NCBI GenBank assembly: GCA_021850705.1
Contig: JAJZKU010000002.1
Location: 2,825 to 66,824 of the forward strand
Reading direction: 5' to 3'
Length of the DNA stretch: 64,000 nt
DNA from: Candidatus Micrarchaeota archaeon
GTDB lineage: Archaea > Micrarchaeota > Micrarchaeia > Micrarchaeales > CABMGC01
The first letter of the stretch is position 1. Each line of letters starts with the position of its first letter. Below are positions 26,617-35,799 of this stretch, one piece after another. A program made the translations under genes and the position numbers. Under the pieces are notes generated by a model. The model was not told the DNA's origin. It did not search any database and saw only the letters and a program-made list of their open reading frames with translations.

Positions 26617-27456
26617 ATGCTGATGGCAGGCAGACTTAAGATAGCATATTACGGAGAAGAGGGCTCGTACAGCGAGCAGGCTGCTATTAAACATTTTGGT
26701 AATTCCTATGTTTTTCAAGGGTACAGATTCCTCCCCGAGATATTTGATGCAGTCAAGAATGGCACAGCATACGGGATAGTGCCGATAGAAAACTCAACAG
26801 AAGGGCCTGTAACTCAGACGTATGACCTGTTGCTGGAATCCGATCTGACCATAGTTGGAGAGGAAGTTGTAAAGATAGATCACTGCCTCATAGCAAATCC
26901 CGGAATTGGCATGAAGGACATAAGAACCGTATATTCACATCCACAGGCACTTGGACAGTGCCGCAGTTACATAGAGAAACATGGCTTCAATTCCATACCT
27001 TTCTATGATACTGCCGGGAGTGTAAAGATGATAAAGGAAAAAAAGCTAAAAGATTCAGCTGCAGTTGCGAGCAGCATGGCAGCCTCTGTCTATAAGATGA
27101 AGGTTCTTGCCAAATCGATACAATCGAATAAAAGGAACTTTACAAGATTTATAGTAATGGCAAAGAAGAGCAAGACAACAGAGTGGAACAAGACATCGAT
27201 AGCTTTCGGCAGCAGACACAGGGCGGGTTCTCTCTTTCATGCACTAAACTGCTTTGCAAAGAATGGGATAAACCTTCTTTACATAGAATCCCGTCCGATA
27301 ATCGGAAGGCCTTGGGAGTATAACTTTTATATAGACTGTGAAGGAAGCATCAAGGACAAAAAATTAAGCGCTGCAATAAAAGAGCTACGAAAGGATGCAA
27401 CCTTCGTCAAGATACTGGGCTCATACAAGAGCGCAAGAAGGTTAAACAGAAGTTAG
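26617..27456 (+). CDS. pheA: prephenate dehydratase with C-terminal ACT domain
   Basis: KIAYYGEEGSYSEQAA, PIENSTEGPV, TRF and ESRP motifs. The track start is TTG at 26593. The ATG at 26617 fits the TATA-like CTTTTTATAG at about 26581. Confidence 0.88.
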   Translation: MLMAGRLKIAYYGEEGSYSEQAAIKHFGNSYVFQGYRFLPEIFDAVKNGTAYGIVPIENSTEGPVTQTYDLLLESDLTIVGEEVVKIDHCLIANPGIGMKDIRTVYSHPQALGQCRSYIEKHGFNSIPFYDTAGSVKMIKEKKLKDSAAVASSMAASVYKMKVLAKSIQSNKRNFTRFIVMAKKSKTTEWNKTSIAFGSRHRAGSLFHALNCFAKNGINLLYIESRPIIGRPWEYNFYIDCEGSIKDKKLSAAIKELRKDATFVKILGSYKSARRLNRS

Positions 27457-27471
27457 TAAAATACGGATTCT

Positions 27472-28317
27472 TCAGGGCTGTCTAAGGACGTTGCTGATTG
27501 TCTTGGCTAATTCTGGTTTTCGTGCAGCACTCATAAGTTCCTCTTTCAACTCTCTGTATGTATATGTAAGAAGTTTCCTCTCTGTTCTCTCCAGATCAAA
27601 ATCATTAGCCGTAAATATCGCTGTGGCAAAATTAGTCCCGGCCAAATACACACTCTTTCTAAGGACATCGGTTCTTTCTATGGAACTGTCTCTGAACAGG
27701 TCTATTATCGTTGACAACTTTTCATTGCTCATCTCCTTTTCATAAGGCGATGACTTAGCATAATTTCCAATAAGGGTAAACATTACAGGAAGAATGGCTG
27801 TCTCATAAGGGTTTATGAGCTCGAATACCGACTTCACTATGCCTTTGGGACTGCTGTCCTTCGCCGCTGCCAAAGCCCCTTGTATGAACGTAGCACAGCC
27901 CTCTTCTAAAGACCATATCGCTTTAGAGTTTGTGTTTTCGGCAGAACCTGAATAATCGCTTTCATTAGAAGCCCCTGTAGTATTCCTTACATGATGCACG
28001 AGCTCATGGCTTATTATCTCTCTGACTCTGCCTTCTTCATTGAAGTCGTTTATGAAGAGCTTCCCTCCACAGTTAACATGATACATATACTTTCCGTCGC
28101 ACTCTTTCCTCAACATCTCAAGGCACTCGAATCTTTCCTCTACAGAATGCACATTCTCTCCCATGGAAATTCCGCTCAGGGTTATTATTCTGGGCAACTG
28201 ACTCTCCTTTTCCGTAACTCTGTTGTACTGTTTCAATATATCTTCGGCAGTGAATCTGACGAATTCAATGCTTGCAGCTTTTGCCCTTTTCTGATCATTT
28301 GATACGACCATACCCAT
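27472..28317 (-). CDS. hypothetical protein with HExxH zinc-metallopeptidase motif
   Basis: IISHELVHHVRN motif; no family recognised. Confidence 0.5.
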   Translation of the reverse strand: MGMVVSNDQKRAKAASIEFVRFTAEDILKQYNRVTEKESQLPRIITLSGISMGENVHSVEERFECLEMLRKECDGKYMYHVNCGGKLFINDFNEEGRVREIISHELVHHVRNTTGASNESDYSGSAENTNSKAIWSLEEGCATFIQGALAAAKDSSPKGIVKSVFELINPYETAILPVMFTLIGNYAKSSPYEKEMSNEKLSTIIDLFRDSSIERTDVLRKSVYLAGTNFATAIFTANDFDLERTERKLLTYTYRELKEELMSAARKPELAKTISNVLRQP

Positions 28318-28347
28318 AACATCAACAAAGGTTAGACATCAACAAAA

Positions 28348-28566
28348 CTAGAACTTATATTCTTTAGGGATATTCTTCTGTGCCTTAGAAGGCAAACTCT
28401 TCCCCTTTCTTGCAAGTACTCTGGGAGGATTGGCTATTTGCCTATTAACAGAACGAAACAGTGGTCCAAATGCCTCGGCAGTAATTTCATATTCTATCCC
28501 GGCTACCTCCAGTCCAAGTTCATCATCGCTTACTCCATACTGGTTTATTCTCTTTATACGGCTCAT
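28348..28566 (-). CDS. small hypothetical protein (72 aa)
   Basis: ORF track. It is co-directional with the HExxH gene and 30 nt upstream of it. Confidence 0.4.
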   Translation of the reverse strand: MSRIKRINQYGVSDDELGLEVAGIEYEITAEAFGPLFRSVNRQIANPPRVLARKGKSLPSKAQKNIPKEYKF

Positions 28567-28781
28567 AAAATCTCACCATTAGACTTATTCAAAGCAATAG
28601 TGTAAGATTACGCCGTTTCTTATTTATAAACATATCTACCATGTGCGACGAACAGCTACAAAATCATTGATTTTTAGGCATATCTCCGAGGACACATCAG
28701 TATACTCCAGCATGAAGAGAAACGGTACCTATTAAATATCTGTCGTGCATGGTTTCGGCAAAGGGCGAACATGCAGGGGTA

Positions 28782-28789
28782 TTTAAAAT
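28782..28789 (+). promoter_or_regulatory. TATA box TTTAAAAT upstream of 28824
   Basis: About 35-42 nt upstream of the ATG. Confidence 0.35.
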
Positions 28790-28823
28790 ACCAACCCTCT
28801 CATCTTAATCCTTTGTTGGTACA

Positions 28824-29999
28824 ATGGCAAATCATCTGAAGACCGGTGACAGCACTGTAGCTGTCAATATGCGCGCTCTCTTTTCATCATCGCCGCAGCA
28901 GGCTATACAGGAAGCTATGAGAAACGGAAATGGCAACGGACACAACGGGAAGCACAATGGCAACGGCACACGGGCAGAGGGCAAGCATCTGCTAGAAATG
29001 CTCCATACACTACAGGAAAGGGAGCGTACTGGTATTGAGGTAATAAGGGATATGGTGATACCGGTATACCGCACAGTAGTTGATCAGAGCAGGCCTCTAC
29101 AGTATGGCGTTCCATCCAAAGAGACTATAGATGCGATAGCACCGTATATGCCAAAAGAGGAACTGGAAAGAATAAGCGGGAAGATGCGATTTATAGCAGA
29201 TCCTGTAGTGCAGGACGTAGGATCTGTTCCTGACGGGGTAATAAAAAGAAAGGAACAGCCTCTTGATACGGGATTGGCAATGGTTACTGCTGTTGCTGCG
29301 AATACCGGACTTGCGTTCATAGAATCTGAGCCTGGACATAAGGAGGATCTTCAGAGGATAATATTGGGCGATCTTGAGCCGACCGGCCTATTGGCAAGGA
29401 AGCACTCACAGGTCATACCATTCAACGGCAGGAAGATAGAGGTAGGTACGTGGCAGAAGCTGAACTACATAGATCCTGCTGCAGTCGAACATCCTGAAGA
29501 GTCTATGCGTTTCTATGTTACGATATTCGAATCTACAAATCATGTCCTGATGAGGAAGAAGATCAGGAACGGTTCGCCCACGGCAGCCAAGGACATAACA
29601 GAGGATGTGGAGAAGGTTGTAGAAGGACTTGGAGTAAAGAACGGGGTAGCGGTAGTGTTCGGAATGCATACCACAATAGGTACTGCGCTGATGAAGCCTG
29701 AGAATGTTGACAATATGATACACCTTCTGAATACAGTTGCGCCAAATGACCTTGACCCTAACCTGCGCGTTCCATATCGGCACCACCTGAACGTTAATGA
29801 CGGAAACGGACATAGCCACATACAGAGCCTTCTTATGGGCACGACGGTTCTTGTGCCTGTGAAAGATGGAAAGGTAAACGTTGGTGAGCGCAGGATAATG
29901 GCCTTTGATTTCGACGACAATCAGGCGCCAAGAGAACGCGGATTCACCATAACTGTGATAAAGGATAATAGTGAAGAGCGCTCTCTGCTGAGGGAGTAG
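28824..29999 (+). CDS. YjbQ/UPF0047-family protein with long N-terminal extension containing a second, degenerate YjbQ-like segment
   Basis: C-terminal half: VAVVFGMHTTIGTALMKPE...NGHSHIQSLLMGTTVLVPVKDGKVNVG... Central part: VIPFNGRKIEVGTWQKLNYID (YjbQ GTWQ motif). Confidence 0.65.
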   Translation: MANHLKTGDSTVAVNMRALFSSSPQQAIQEAMRNGNGNGHNGKHNGNGTRAEGKHLLEMLHTLQERERTGIEVIRDMVIPVYRTVVDQSRPLQYGVPSKETIDAIAPYMPKEELERISGKMRFIADPVVQDVGSVPDGVIKRKEQPLDTGLAMVTAVAANTGLAFIESEPGHKEDLQRIILGDLEPTGLLARKHSQVIPFNGRKIEVGTWQKLNYIDPAAVEHPEESMRFYVTIFESTNHVLMRKKIRNGSPTAAKDITEDVEKVVEGLGVKNGVAVVFGMHTTIGTALMKPENVDNMIHLLNTVAPNDLDPNLRVPYRHHLNVNDGNGHSHIQSLLMGTTVLVPVKDGKVNVGERRIMAFDFDDNQAPRERGFTITVIKDNSEERSLLRE

Positions 30000-30012
30000 A
30001 CAGTATTGCAAA

Positions 30013-30978
30013 ATGAAAGAAAATCAAGCAGGCAGTACTTCAGAAGGGAAGAGAATCAGAATGCTGATGACTATGGGTAATGATGAGAAGGAGATAGGAA
30101 TAGTGGGATTAGGCAGTATGGGACTTAACATATCAAAGGTACTGCTAAGGAATGGATATGCTCTTACTGTGTATAACAGGAGTGTCGATAAATACGCGCA
30201 TTTTAATGACAGTGAAGAGGTGACGTGCACAAGCAGCATGGACGAATTCGCAGAAAAGCTCCAGCAGAAAGGAAAGGATGCGATCGTATGGATGATGCTG
30301 CCCGGAGGCGAACCTACAAACAGCATGCTCTCAGAGTTGTCGTCAATTCTGAACAAAGGAAGCGTAATAATAGACGGATCAAATTCCGATTCTGCAGACT
30401 CTGTATCAAACTACAATAAGCTGCGTGGTAAAGGCATAGAGTATCTTGACGTCGGTGTTGCAGGAGGCCCGGACGATGTTCTGAAAGGAGTGGCGATAAT
30501 GGCAGGCGGAGATAAGGAGACATTTGATAAAGTCAAGGAGATATTACAGGAAGTTGCAGGAGGAAGGGAGAGATGCGGATATGTCGGAGAGAGCGGAAGC
30601 GGTCACAGGCTAAAGGCAGCACACAATTCAATCTTCTATTCCATATTTCCAATATTTGCCGAGACGGCTGCGGCGGTAATCGAACAGAACAACGGAGACA
30701 AGGAGACGGCAGAAGAGTCCCTCAGGCTCCTCAGCATAGCTCCTCCAATAACAAAAGGTATACCTGAAGCCATACTAAACGCTTTCAGGAGCGGCGAACT
30801 CTTCAAAGAAGCTCCAAAAGTATCTGTATCTAAGATGGTAAGCTCATATGTGGACAGCGCCGAGAAGAAGGGCACACCACTTGATATAACCAAAGAGGTG
30901 CTGAAGAGCTACCCGGAAATGCGCGACAGCACCAAGAAAGTGTATTCAGGAGCCAAGAAGATACTGACAGGGCATTAG
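30013..30978 (+). CDS. 6-phosphogluconate dehydrogenase-like (short Gnd/YqeC-type) NAD(P)-binding dehydrogenase
   Basis: Rossmann motif IGIVGLGSMGLN. Also YLDVGVAGGPDDVLKGVAIMAGGD and GESGSGHRLKAAHNSI. The start may be one of the internal Met codons before the Rossmann motif. Confidence 0.7.
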   Translation: MKENQAGSTSEGKRIRMLMTMGNDEKEIGIVGLGSMGLNISKVLLRNGYALTVYNRSVDKYAHFNDSEEVTCTSSMDEFAEKLQQKGKDAIVWMMLPGGEPTNSMLSELSSILNKGSVIIDGSNSDSADSVSNYNKLRGKGIEYLDVGVAGGPDDVLKGVAIMAGGDKETFDKVKEILQEVAGGRERCGYVGESGSGHRLKAAHNSIFYSIFPIFAETAAAVIEQNNGDKETAEESLRLLSIAPPITKGIPEAILNAFRSGELFKEAPKVSVSKMVSSYVDSAEKKGTPLDITKEVLKSYPEMRDSTKKVYSGAKKILTGH

Positions 30979-32255
30979 CCGTTGGCAGCCTGCTGGCTTA
31001 GTTTTGCTTTCTTGGAGTAGTGCGACTCTACATATTTCTCAAGGTGCTTCTTGAATTCCTCAGTTGCAATATCAGCCTTTACTGCGGCAACCTGCTTGCC
31101 GTCTTCATATATGAGGCATGAAGGATTCTCTCCGCTGCCAGGGAGTGATATGCCTATCTGGGCCATTCTTGACTCTCCTGGTCCGTTTACAACGCAGCCC
31201 ATGACTGCAACCTTCATCTCCTCTACGCCGTCATATCCGGAGCTCTTCCATTCAGGCATGCGCTCCTGCAGATATCCTGTAAGATCCTCTGCCATCTCCT
31301 GGAAGGTTGTAGATGTCGTCCTTCCGCATCCCGGGCAGCTCGTTACCAAAGGCGAAAAGTGCCTTATGTCAAGCGACTGAAGAATCTGCCTGCATACTTT
31401 TACCTCTTCAGCCCTGCTCGATCCAGGAGTCGGCGTAAGCGATACTCTTATCGTGTCCCCTATTCCCTGTGTAAGTAGCAATGACAGTGCTGCCGATGAC
31501 GCTGCAACTCCCTTGCTCCCTATTCCTGCTTCAGTTAGCCCAAGATGAAGTGGCTGTTCTATCCTCGAGGAAAGCATCTCATATGCCTTTACCATCTTTG
31601 AAACTTCTGAAATCTTGGTGCTGACTATTATCTTGTTAGGCTCCATTCCATACTCTATGGCCTTATTGACCGACTGTACAGCACTCTCGACGACAGCTCC
31701 GACCATTATGTCATCTGCGCTCTTCTGCACAGCTGCCTTTGTATTGTCATCCATCATCTTAGTAAGCACTGTTGGGTCAAGCGACCCCCAGTTAACGCCT
31801 ATTCTTACAGGTTTGTCATGATCCTTTGCAACATCGAGTATCGCCTTGAAGTTATCGTCATGCTTCTCCCCGAAGCCTACATTCCCAGGGTTTATCCTGT
31901 ACTTGTCAAGAGCATCTGCACACGAAGGAACCTCCCTGAGCAGCTGATGCCCGTTGTAATGGAAGTCGCCTATCAACGGTATGTTGTAACCGAGATCGTC
32001 AAGCGCCTTCCTTATGTCTGTTACTGCGCGTGCCATCCTCAGATTCTGTACGGTGAACCTGACGAGCTCCGAACCTGCCTTATGCAGCTCTATTATCTGT
32101 GCCACTGTTGCCGTTACGTCTCCTGTATCGGTATTGGTCATGCTCTGTATCGCAACAGGGTGCTCTGACCCTATATACATGTCCCTTACTCTTACCTGCA
32201 AGCTCTTTCTCCTTGGTCTCCAGTCTGTATCTTTTTTCATGCTTATTGTTGCCAT
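30975..32255 (-). CDS. ispG: 4-hydroxy-3-methylbut-2-en-1-yl diphosphate synthase (MEP pathway)
   Basis: PVAIQSMTNTDTGDVTATVAQI, YRINPGNVG, PLHLGLTEAG, GIGDTIRVSL and CPGCGRT motifs align along the whole length with bacterial GcpE. Confidence 0.92.
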   Translation of the reverse strand: MATISMKKDTDWRPRRKSLQVRVRDMYIGSEHPVAIQSMTNTDTGDVTATVAQIIELHKAGSELVRFTVQNLRMARAVTDIRKALDDLGYNIPLIGDFHYNGHQLLREVPSCADALDKYRINPGNVGFGEKHDDNFKAILDVAKDHDKPVRIGVNWGSLDPTVLTKMMDDNTKAAVQKSADDIMVGAVVESAVQSVNKAIEYGMEPNKIIVSTKISEVSKMVKAYEMLSSRIEQPLHLGLTEAGIGSKGVAASSAALSLLLTQGIGDTIRVSLTPTPGSSRAEEVKVCRQILQSLDIRHFSPLVTSCPGCGRTTSTTFQEMAEDLTGYLQERMPEWKSSGYDGVEEMKVAVMGCVVNGPGESRMAQIGISLPGSGENPSCLIYEDGKQVAAVKADIATEEFKKHLEKYVESHYSKKAKLSQQAANG

Positions 32256-32259
32256 ATGC

Positions 32260-33207
32260 TCACATACTCCTTGAAAGAGGTCTGTTGAGTTCGTAAGGCA
32301 TGGTGAATTTCATATTCTCCTTTATCGCTTGCACGCTCTCTACCGTAGCGCCACGATCCTTGAAGTACTGTGCAAGCTCCTGGACAAGATATTCGGGAGC
32401 GCTTGCCCCTGCAGAAATCCCCACTGTCTTCTTGCCTTCAACCCACTCCTCCTTAAGCTCACTTACGCTGTCTATAAGATACGCATCGACTCCAAGCGCC
32501 TTTGCTGTATCAGCTAACCTGTTTGAGTTTGAAGAGTTCTTGCTGCCAAGAACAAATACAACATCACACCTGCTTGCAGCCTGTTTTATAGCTCCCTGCC
32601 TGTTTGTAGTTGCATAGCATATGTCAGAAGATGGCGGAGCCTTGAGCTGCGGGAATCTCTTCTTAAGTGCATCTATGACTCCCATACACTCGTCTACAGA
32701 GAGTGTAGTCTGTGTCAGATATGCAAGCTTCGAAGGATCCTTCACTTTTATATCCTTGACCTCTTCAGGCGTCTCAACTATCTGTGTTATGTCTGGTCTT
32801 ATCCCCATCACGCCCATAGCTTCAGGATGATTCCTGTGTCCTATGTACAATATCTCAAGGCCTTCCTTTGCAAACCTTCCTACTTCAATATGTATCTTCG
32901 ATACAAGAGGGCATGTGGCATCTATGGTAGAGAGCTTCCTCGCTCTTGCCTCCTCCCTTATCTTCGGCGCTATTCCGTGCGCAGAGAAGACGCAGATGCT
33001 CCCTTCAGGTATCTCAGATATCTCCTCTACGAATATCGCCCCTTTCTTACGCAGTGCATCGCACACCGTCTTGTTATGCACTATCTCGTGCTTCACATAT
33101 ATTGGTGCACCGAAGTTCGCAATCGCTTCTTCCACAGTATCTACTGCACGCTCCACTCCTGCACAGAATCCTCTTGGTTCTATCAAAATTACCTTTTCAA
33201 CACTCAT
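32260..33207 (-). CDS. ispH: 4-hydroxy-3-methylbut-2-enyl diphosphate reductase (MEP pathway)
   Basis: PRGFCAGVERAV, FSAHGIAP and DATCPLVSKIH motifs are typical LytB. Confidence 0.92.
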   Translation of the reverse strand: MSVEKVILIEPRGFCAGVERAVDTVEEAIANFGAPIYVKHEIVHNKTVCDALRKKGAIFVEEISEIPEGSICVFSAHGIAPKIREEARARKLSTIDATCPLVSKIHIEVGRFAKEGLEILYIGHRNHPEAMGVMGIRPDITQIVETPEEVKDIKVKDPSKLAYLTQTTLSVDECMGVIDALKKRFPQLKAPPSSDICYATTNRQGAIKQAASRCDVVFVLGSKNSSNSNRLADTAKALGVDAYLIDSVSELKEEWVEGKKTVGISAGASAPEYLVQELAQYFKDRGATVESVQAIKENMKFTMPYELNRPLSRSM

Positions 33208-33373
33208 CTTACTCCCTTATTATTTCTGGCTGTATTACGACTGATTATCCCTCACAGATTTATAACTATATGCGGCTACCGAATTATTTATAATAGAATA
33301 CCTGTTAATGGCATATGACGAAATATTATTAGACAGTACCGTGTACCTTCTGTAATTATCCGTGCGTCATCTT

Positions 33374-34630
33374 TTATTCATTAACTGCACTTTTGGAGAG
33401 AACCTCATTGTAATTATGCGTCACATACTTTCTTGCCCATGAGTCTGCCTCTATTATCTGTTCTAGTGTAGGCTCCTTATTGACAGAATGGGAATCTAGT
33501 GCGCTCTCTATCAGCTTTGGCATATCTGTAAACCTTATTCTCCCATTGCAGAAGAGCTCCACAGCTGTTTCGTCCGCACCATTCAGTACGGCAGGCGCGC
33601 TCCCGCCAAGCCTCCCTGCCCTGTATGCAAGGGCTATACTTGGGAAGCGCTCAATATCAGGCTCTTCAAAATCAAACCTCCCTATCTTTGAGAGCTCAAG
33701 CCTCTTCAGTCCCGTGTCTATCCTGTATGGATAGGTAAGCGCATACGCTATCGGATATCTCATATCGTGAGGTCCCTGCTGTACCTTTTGGCTTCCGTCT
33801 ATCAACTGGACGCCAGAATGGACTATACTCTGAGGATGCACTACTATCCTTACTTTATCAACATCAACCCCGAATATAGATGCTATCTCTATTACTTCCA
33901 TCCCCTTGTTCATGAGCGTTGCAGAACGTATCGTTATCAGCCTGCCCATGTCCCATGTAGGATGCTTCAAAGCCTGCTGCACAGTAGCCTTGTCAAGTTC
34001 ATCCTTCTTCCACTCTCGGAAAGGACCCCCTGAACAGGTGAGTATGAAATGGCCTATGTTGTTCTTTGCGCCTCTGTGCAGATGCCATATCGCACTGTGC
34101 CTGTCTTCCGAAGCATATATCTCAGGCTCCAATGTCTGCCATATCGCATTCGGTTCGCTGTCTATCGGCAGTATCTCTACATTATGCCTCTTTGCAGCTT
34201 CCGTTATCAGCCTGCCTGCAGTCAGGAAGGCCTCCTTGTTTGCTACCGGCACAGTATTTCCTGCTTCAATAGCTGCAAGTGTCGGTGCAAGTCCTGCAAA
34301 TCCTGCAGTCGCTATAACCACATATCCGTTGCTTATGCTCATGCAAAGATCCACCGCTTCCTGTTCCCCGGACAGTATAGTGGTCTTAATCCCCTTCCCG
34401 GAAAGCCGCATCCTGAGCTCCTTTGCTTTATCATCATTGACTACTACTGCTCTTTCAGGGCTGAACTCCAGAATCTGCTTCTCAAGAATGTCTATGTTGC
34501 TATTGCATGCCAATCCGTATACTTTGAAGTTTCGTTTGCCTGAGAGTCTTTTAACAACGTCAAGCGTCTGCGTCCCTATCGAACCGGTAGAACCATGTAT
34601 TACCAATGGTATCTCGTCATCCATAGCCAC
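33374..34630 (-). CDS. dxr: 1-deoxy-D-xylulose 5-phosphate reductoisomerase (MEP pathway)
   Basis: HGSTGSIGTQTLDV, ANKEAFLTAG, PIDSEPNAIWQ and LKHPTWDMG motifs. Confidence 0.92.
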   Translation of the reverse strand: MAMDDEIPLVIHGSTGSIGTQTLDVVKRLSGKRNFKVYGLACNSNIDILEKQILEFSPERAVVVNDDKAKELRMRLSGKGIKTTILSGEQEAVDLCMSISNGYVVIATAGFAGLAPTLAAIEAGNTVPVANKEAFLTAGRLITEAAKRHNVEILPIDSEPNAIWQTLEPEIYASEDRHSAIWHLHRGAKNNIGHFILTCSGGPFREWKKDELDKATVQQALKHPTWDMGRLITIRSATLMNKGMEVIEIASIFGVDVDKVRIVVHPQSIVHSGVQLIDGSQKVQQGPHDMRYPIAYALTYPYRIDTGLKRLELSKIGRFDFEEPDIERFPSIALAYRAGRLGGSAPAVLNGADETAVELFCNGRIRFTDMPKLIESALDSHSVNKEPTLEQIIEADSWARKYVTHNYNEVLSKSAVNE

Positions 34631-34747
34631 ACGGACAACTTATCGCATGCTCTCAGTATATATTAATTGGGATACATTCGTCAATCTCCAATTTATTACT
34701 AGAAGAGAAAAAGAAAAAGGATAAGAAAATTAAAAGGTAATGTATTG

Positions 34748-35446
34748 TCAGTATCCGTATCTGAATGCATTTACGGTATTCGCAACGGCATAAACGCCGT
34801 TCGCTACTGCATAAGAATTATTCTCTGCAGCATAAGAGTAGTTCTCTGCAGCATAAGATCGGTTAACCACTCCCTGCTGTGCCGCTTCCTCCTGTGCTAA
34901 GGCGTACCTGTCTCTCAGCAGTTTATGTGCGAAAGCCATCTTCTCCTGATCTAATTGATACACCATATGTAAACGTGTCTCCAACAGCTTGTCTTTCATA
35001 TTCAATGCTGTTTCCTGTATGGATGGCTGAGCTGCAGCATATCTGTTCGGAGTCCGTATTACTTCCACCACAGTATGTTGTACAGGAGCCTGAGTGTAAT
35101 GTGCTGCTTCAGGCTCTGCAGCAACTTTGTTGTAAGAAGGCTGCGTAGTCTTCTGCACTAAGTATGTGCCAACAAGATGAAGTGTTTTTTCGAATCCGCC
35201 GTGTGTCCCTATCTGATAAGCTCCAAGCAAAGCAGCTCCTGTAAGAAGCACCGCTGGCCATTTCTTACCGTGCTTTGGCTTATATTCGGGCTCTTTTTGC
35301 TTGGGCTGAGCGTTTCTATAAGTATTCTGTTCTGCCTGTCTGCTGCTTGAAGCATTCTTATGCAATGCGTTAGGTCTATCGGTATCTTTATCCTCTCTCC
35401 TGTCATCAGTTGTGTTATCCTTTCTAGCTTTGAATTTGTTCATCAA
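34748..35446 (-). CDS. single-pass membrane protein with basic N-terminus and Tyr/Ala/Asn repeat C-terminus
   Basis: TM segment WPAVLLTGAALLGAYQIG. C-terminal repeats YAAENYSYAAENNSYAVANGVYAVAN. Confidence 0.55.
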   Translation of the reverse strand: MMNKFKARKDNTTDDRREDKDTDRPNALHKNASSSRQAEQNTYRNAQPKQKEPEYKPKHGKKWPAVLLTGAALLGAYQIGTHGGFEKTLHLVGTYLVQKTTQPSYNKVAAEPEAAHYTQAPVQHTVVEVIRTPNRYAAAQPSIQETALNMKDKLLETRLHMVYQLDQEKMAFAHKLLRDRYALAQEEAAQQGVVNRSYAAENYSYAAENNSYAVANGVYAVANTVNAFRYGY

Positions 35447-35567
35447 AATCCCATATATTATTTATTCATTTATGGTATTTAAAGCATGCGGTATGCGTTG
35501 GATGAATGTCAATCTGGAAGGAAGAGCGGAAATATGAACGCAAAGACTCTAATCGGTATCTTATGAA

Positions 35568-35592
35568 GCCTGCACGCTTAGACCGTGCAGGC
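35568..35592. other. perfect 9-bp stem hairpin (GCCTGCACG-cttagac-CGTGCAGGC) in a divergent intergenic region
   Basis: Read directly from the sequence. It is not positioned as a terminator for either flanking gene. Confidence 0.6.
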
Positions 35593-35799
35593 CTTTAGTC
35601 CCCTCCCTATCCTTTCGGATATACCCCTTCTTCTGTAAAGTGCGCATTATTTGCCTTTGTTTATCGTTACGGTTTTCTGGTATTTAAAGCTATTGTACAA
35701 ACCGATTCTGAAGAGGAAAAACCGCAGCACAACAGAAGAAAAACAGAAGGATTTGTTATCTGTTTATAAATGTTTACTGCAAGGTAGATAACGATTAGC

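Noticed and set aside
29406-30011. 201-aa minus-strand ORF and several smaller ones at 28832..29920
   Set aside because: Antisense to the YjbQ-family gene, whose C-terminal domain motifs validate the plus strand.
33906-34724. 272-aa plus-strand ORF, plus 34049..34543 and 32827..33318
   Set aside because: Antisense or alternative frames within dxr and ispH, both of which have full-length conserved motifs on the minus strand.
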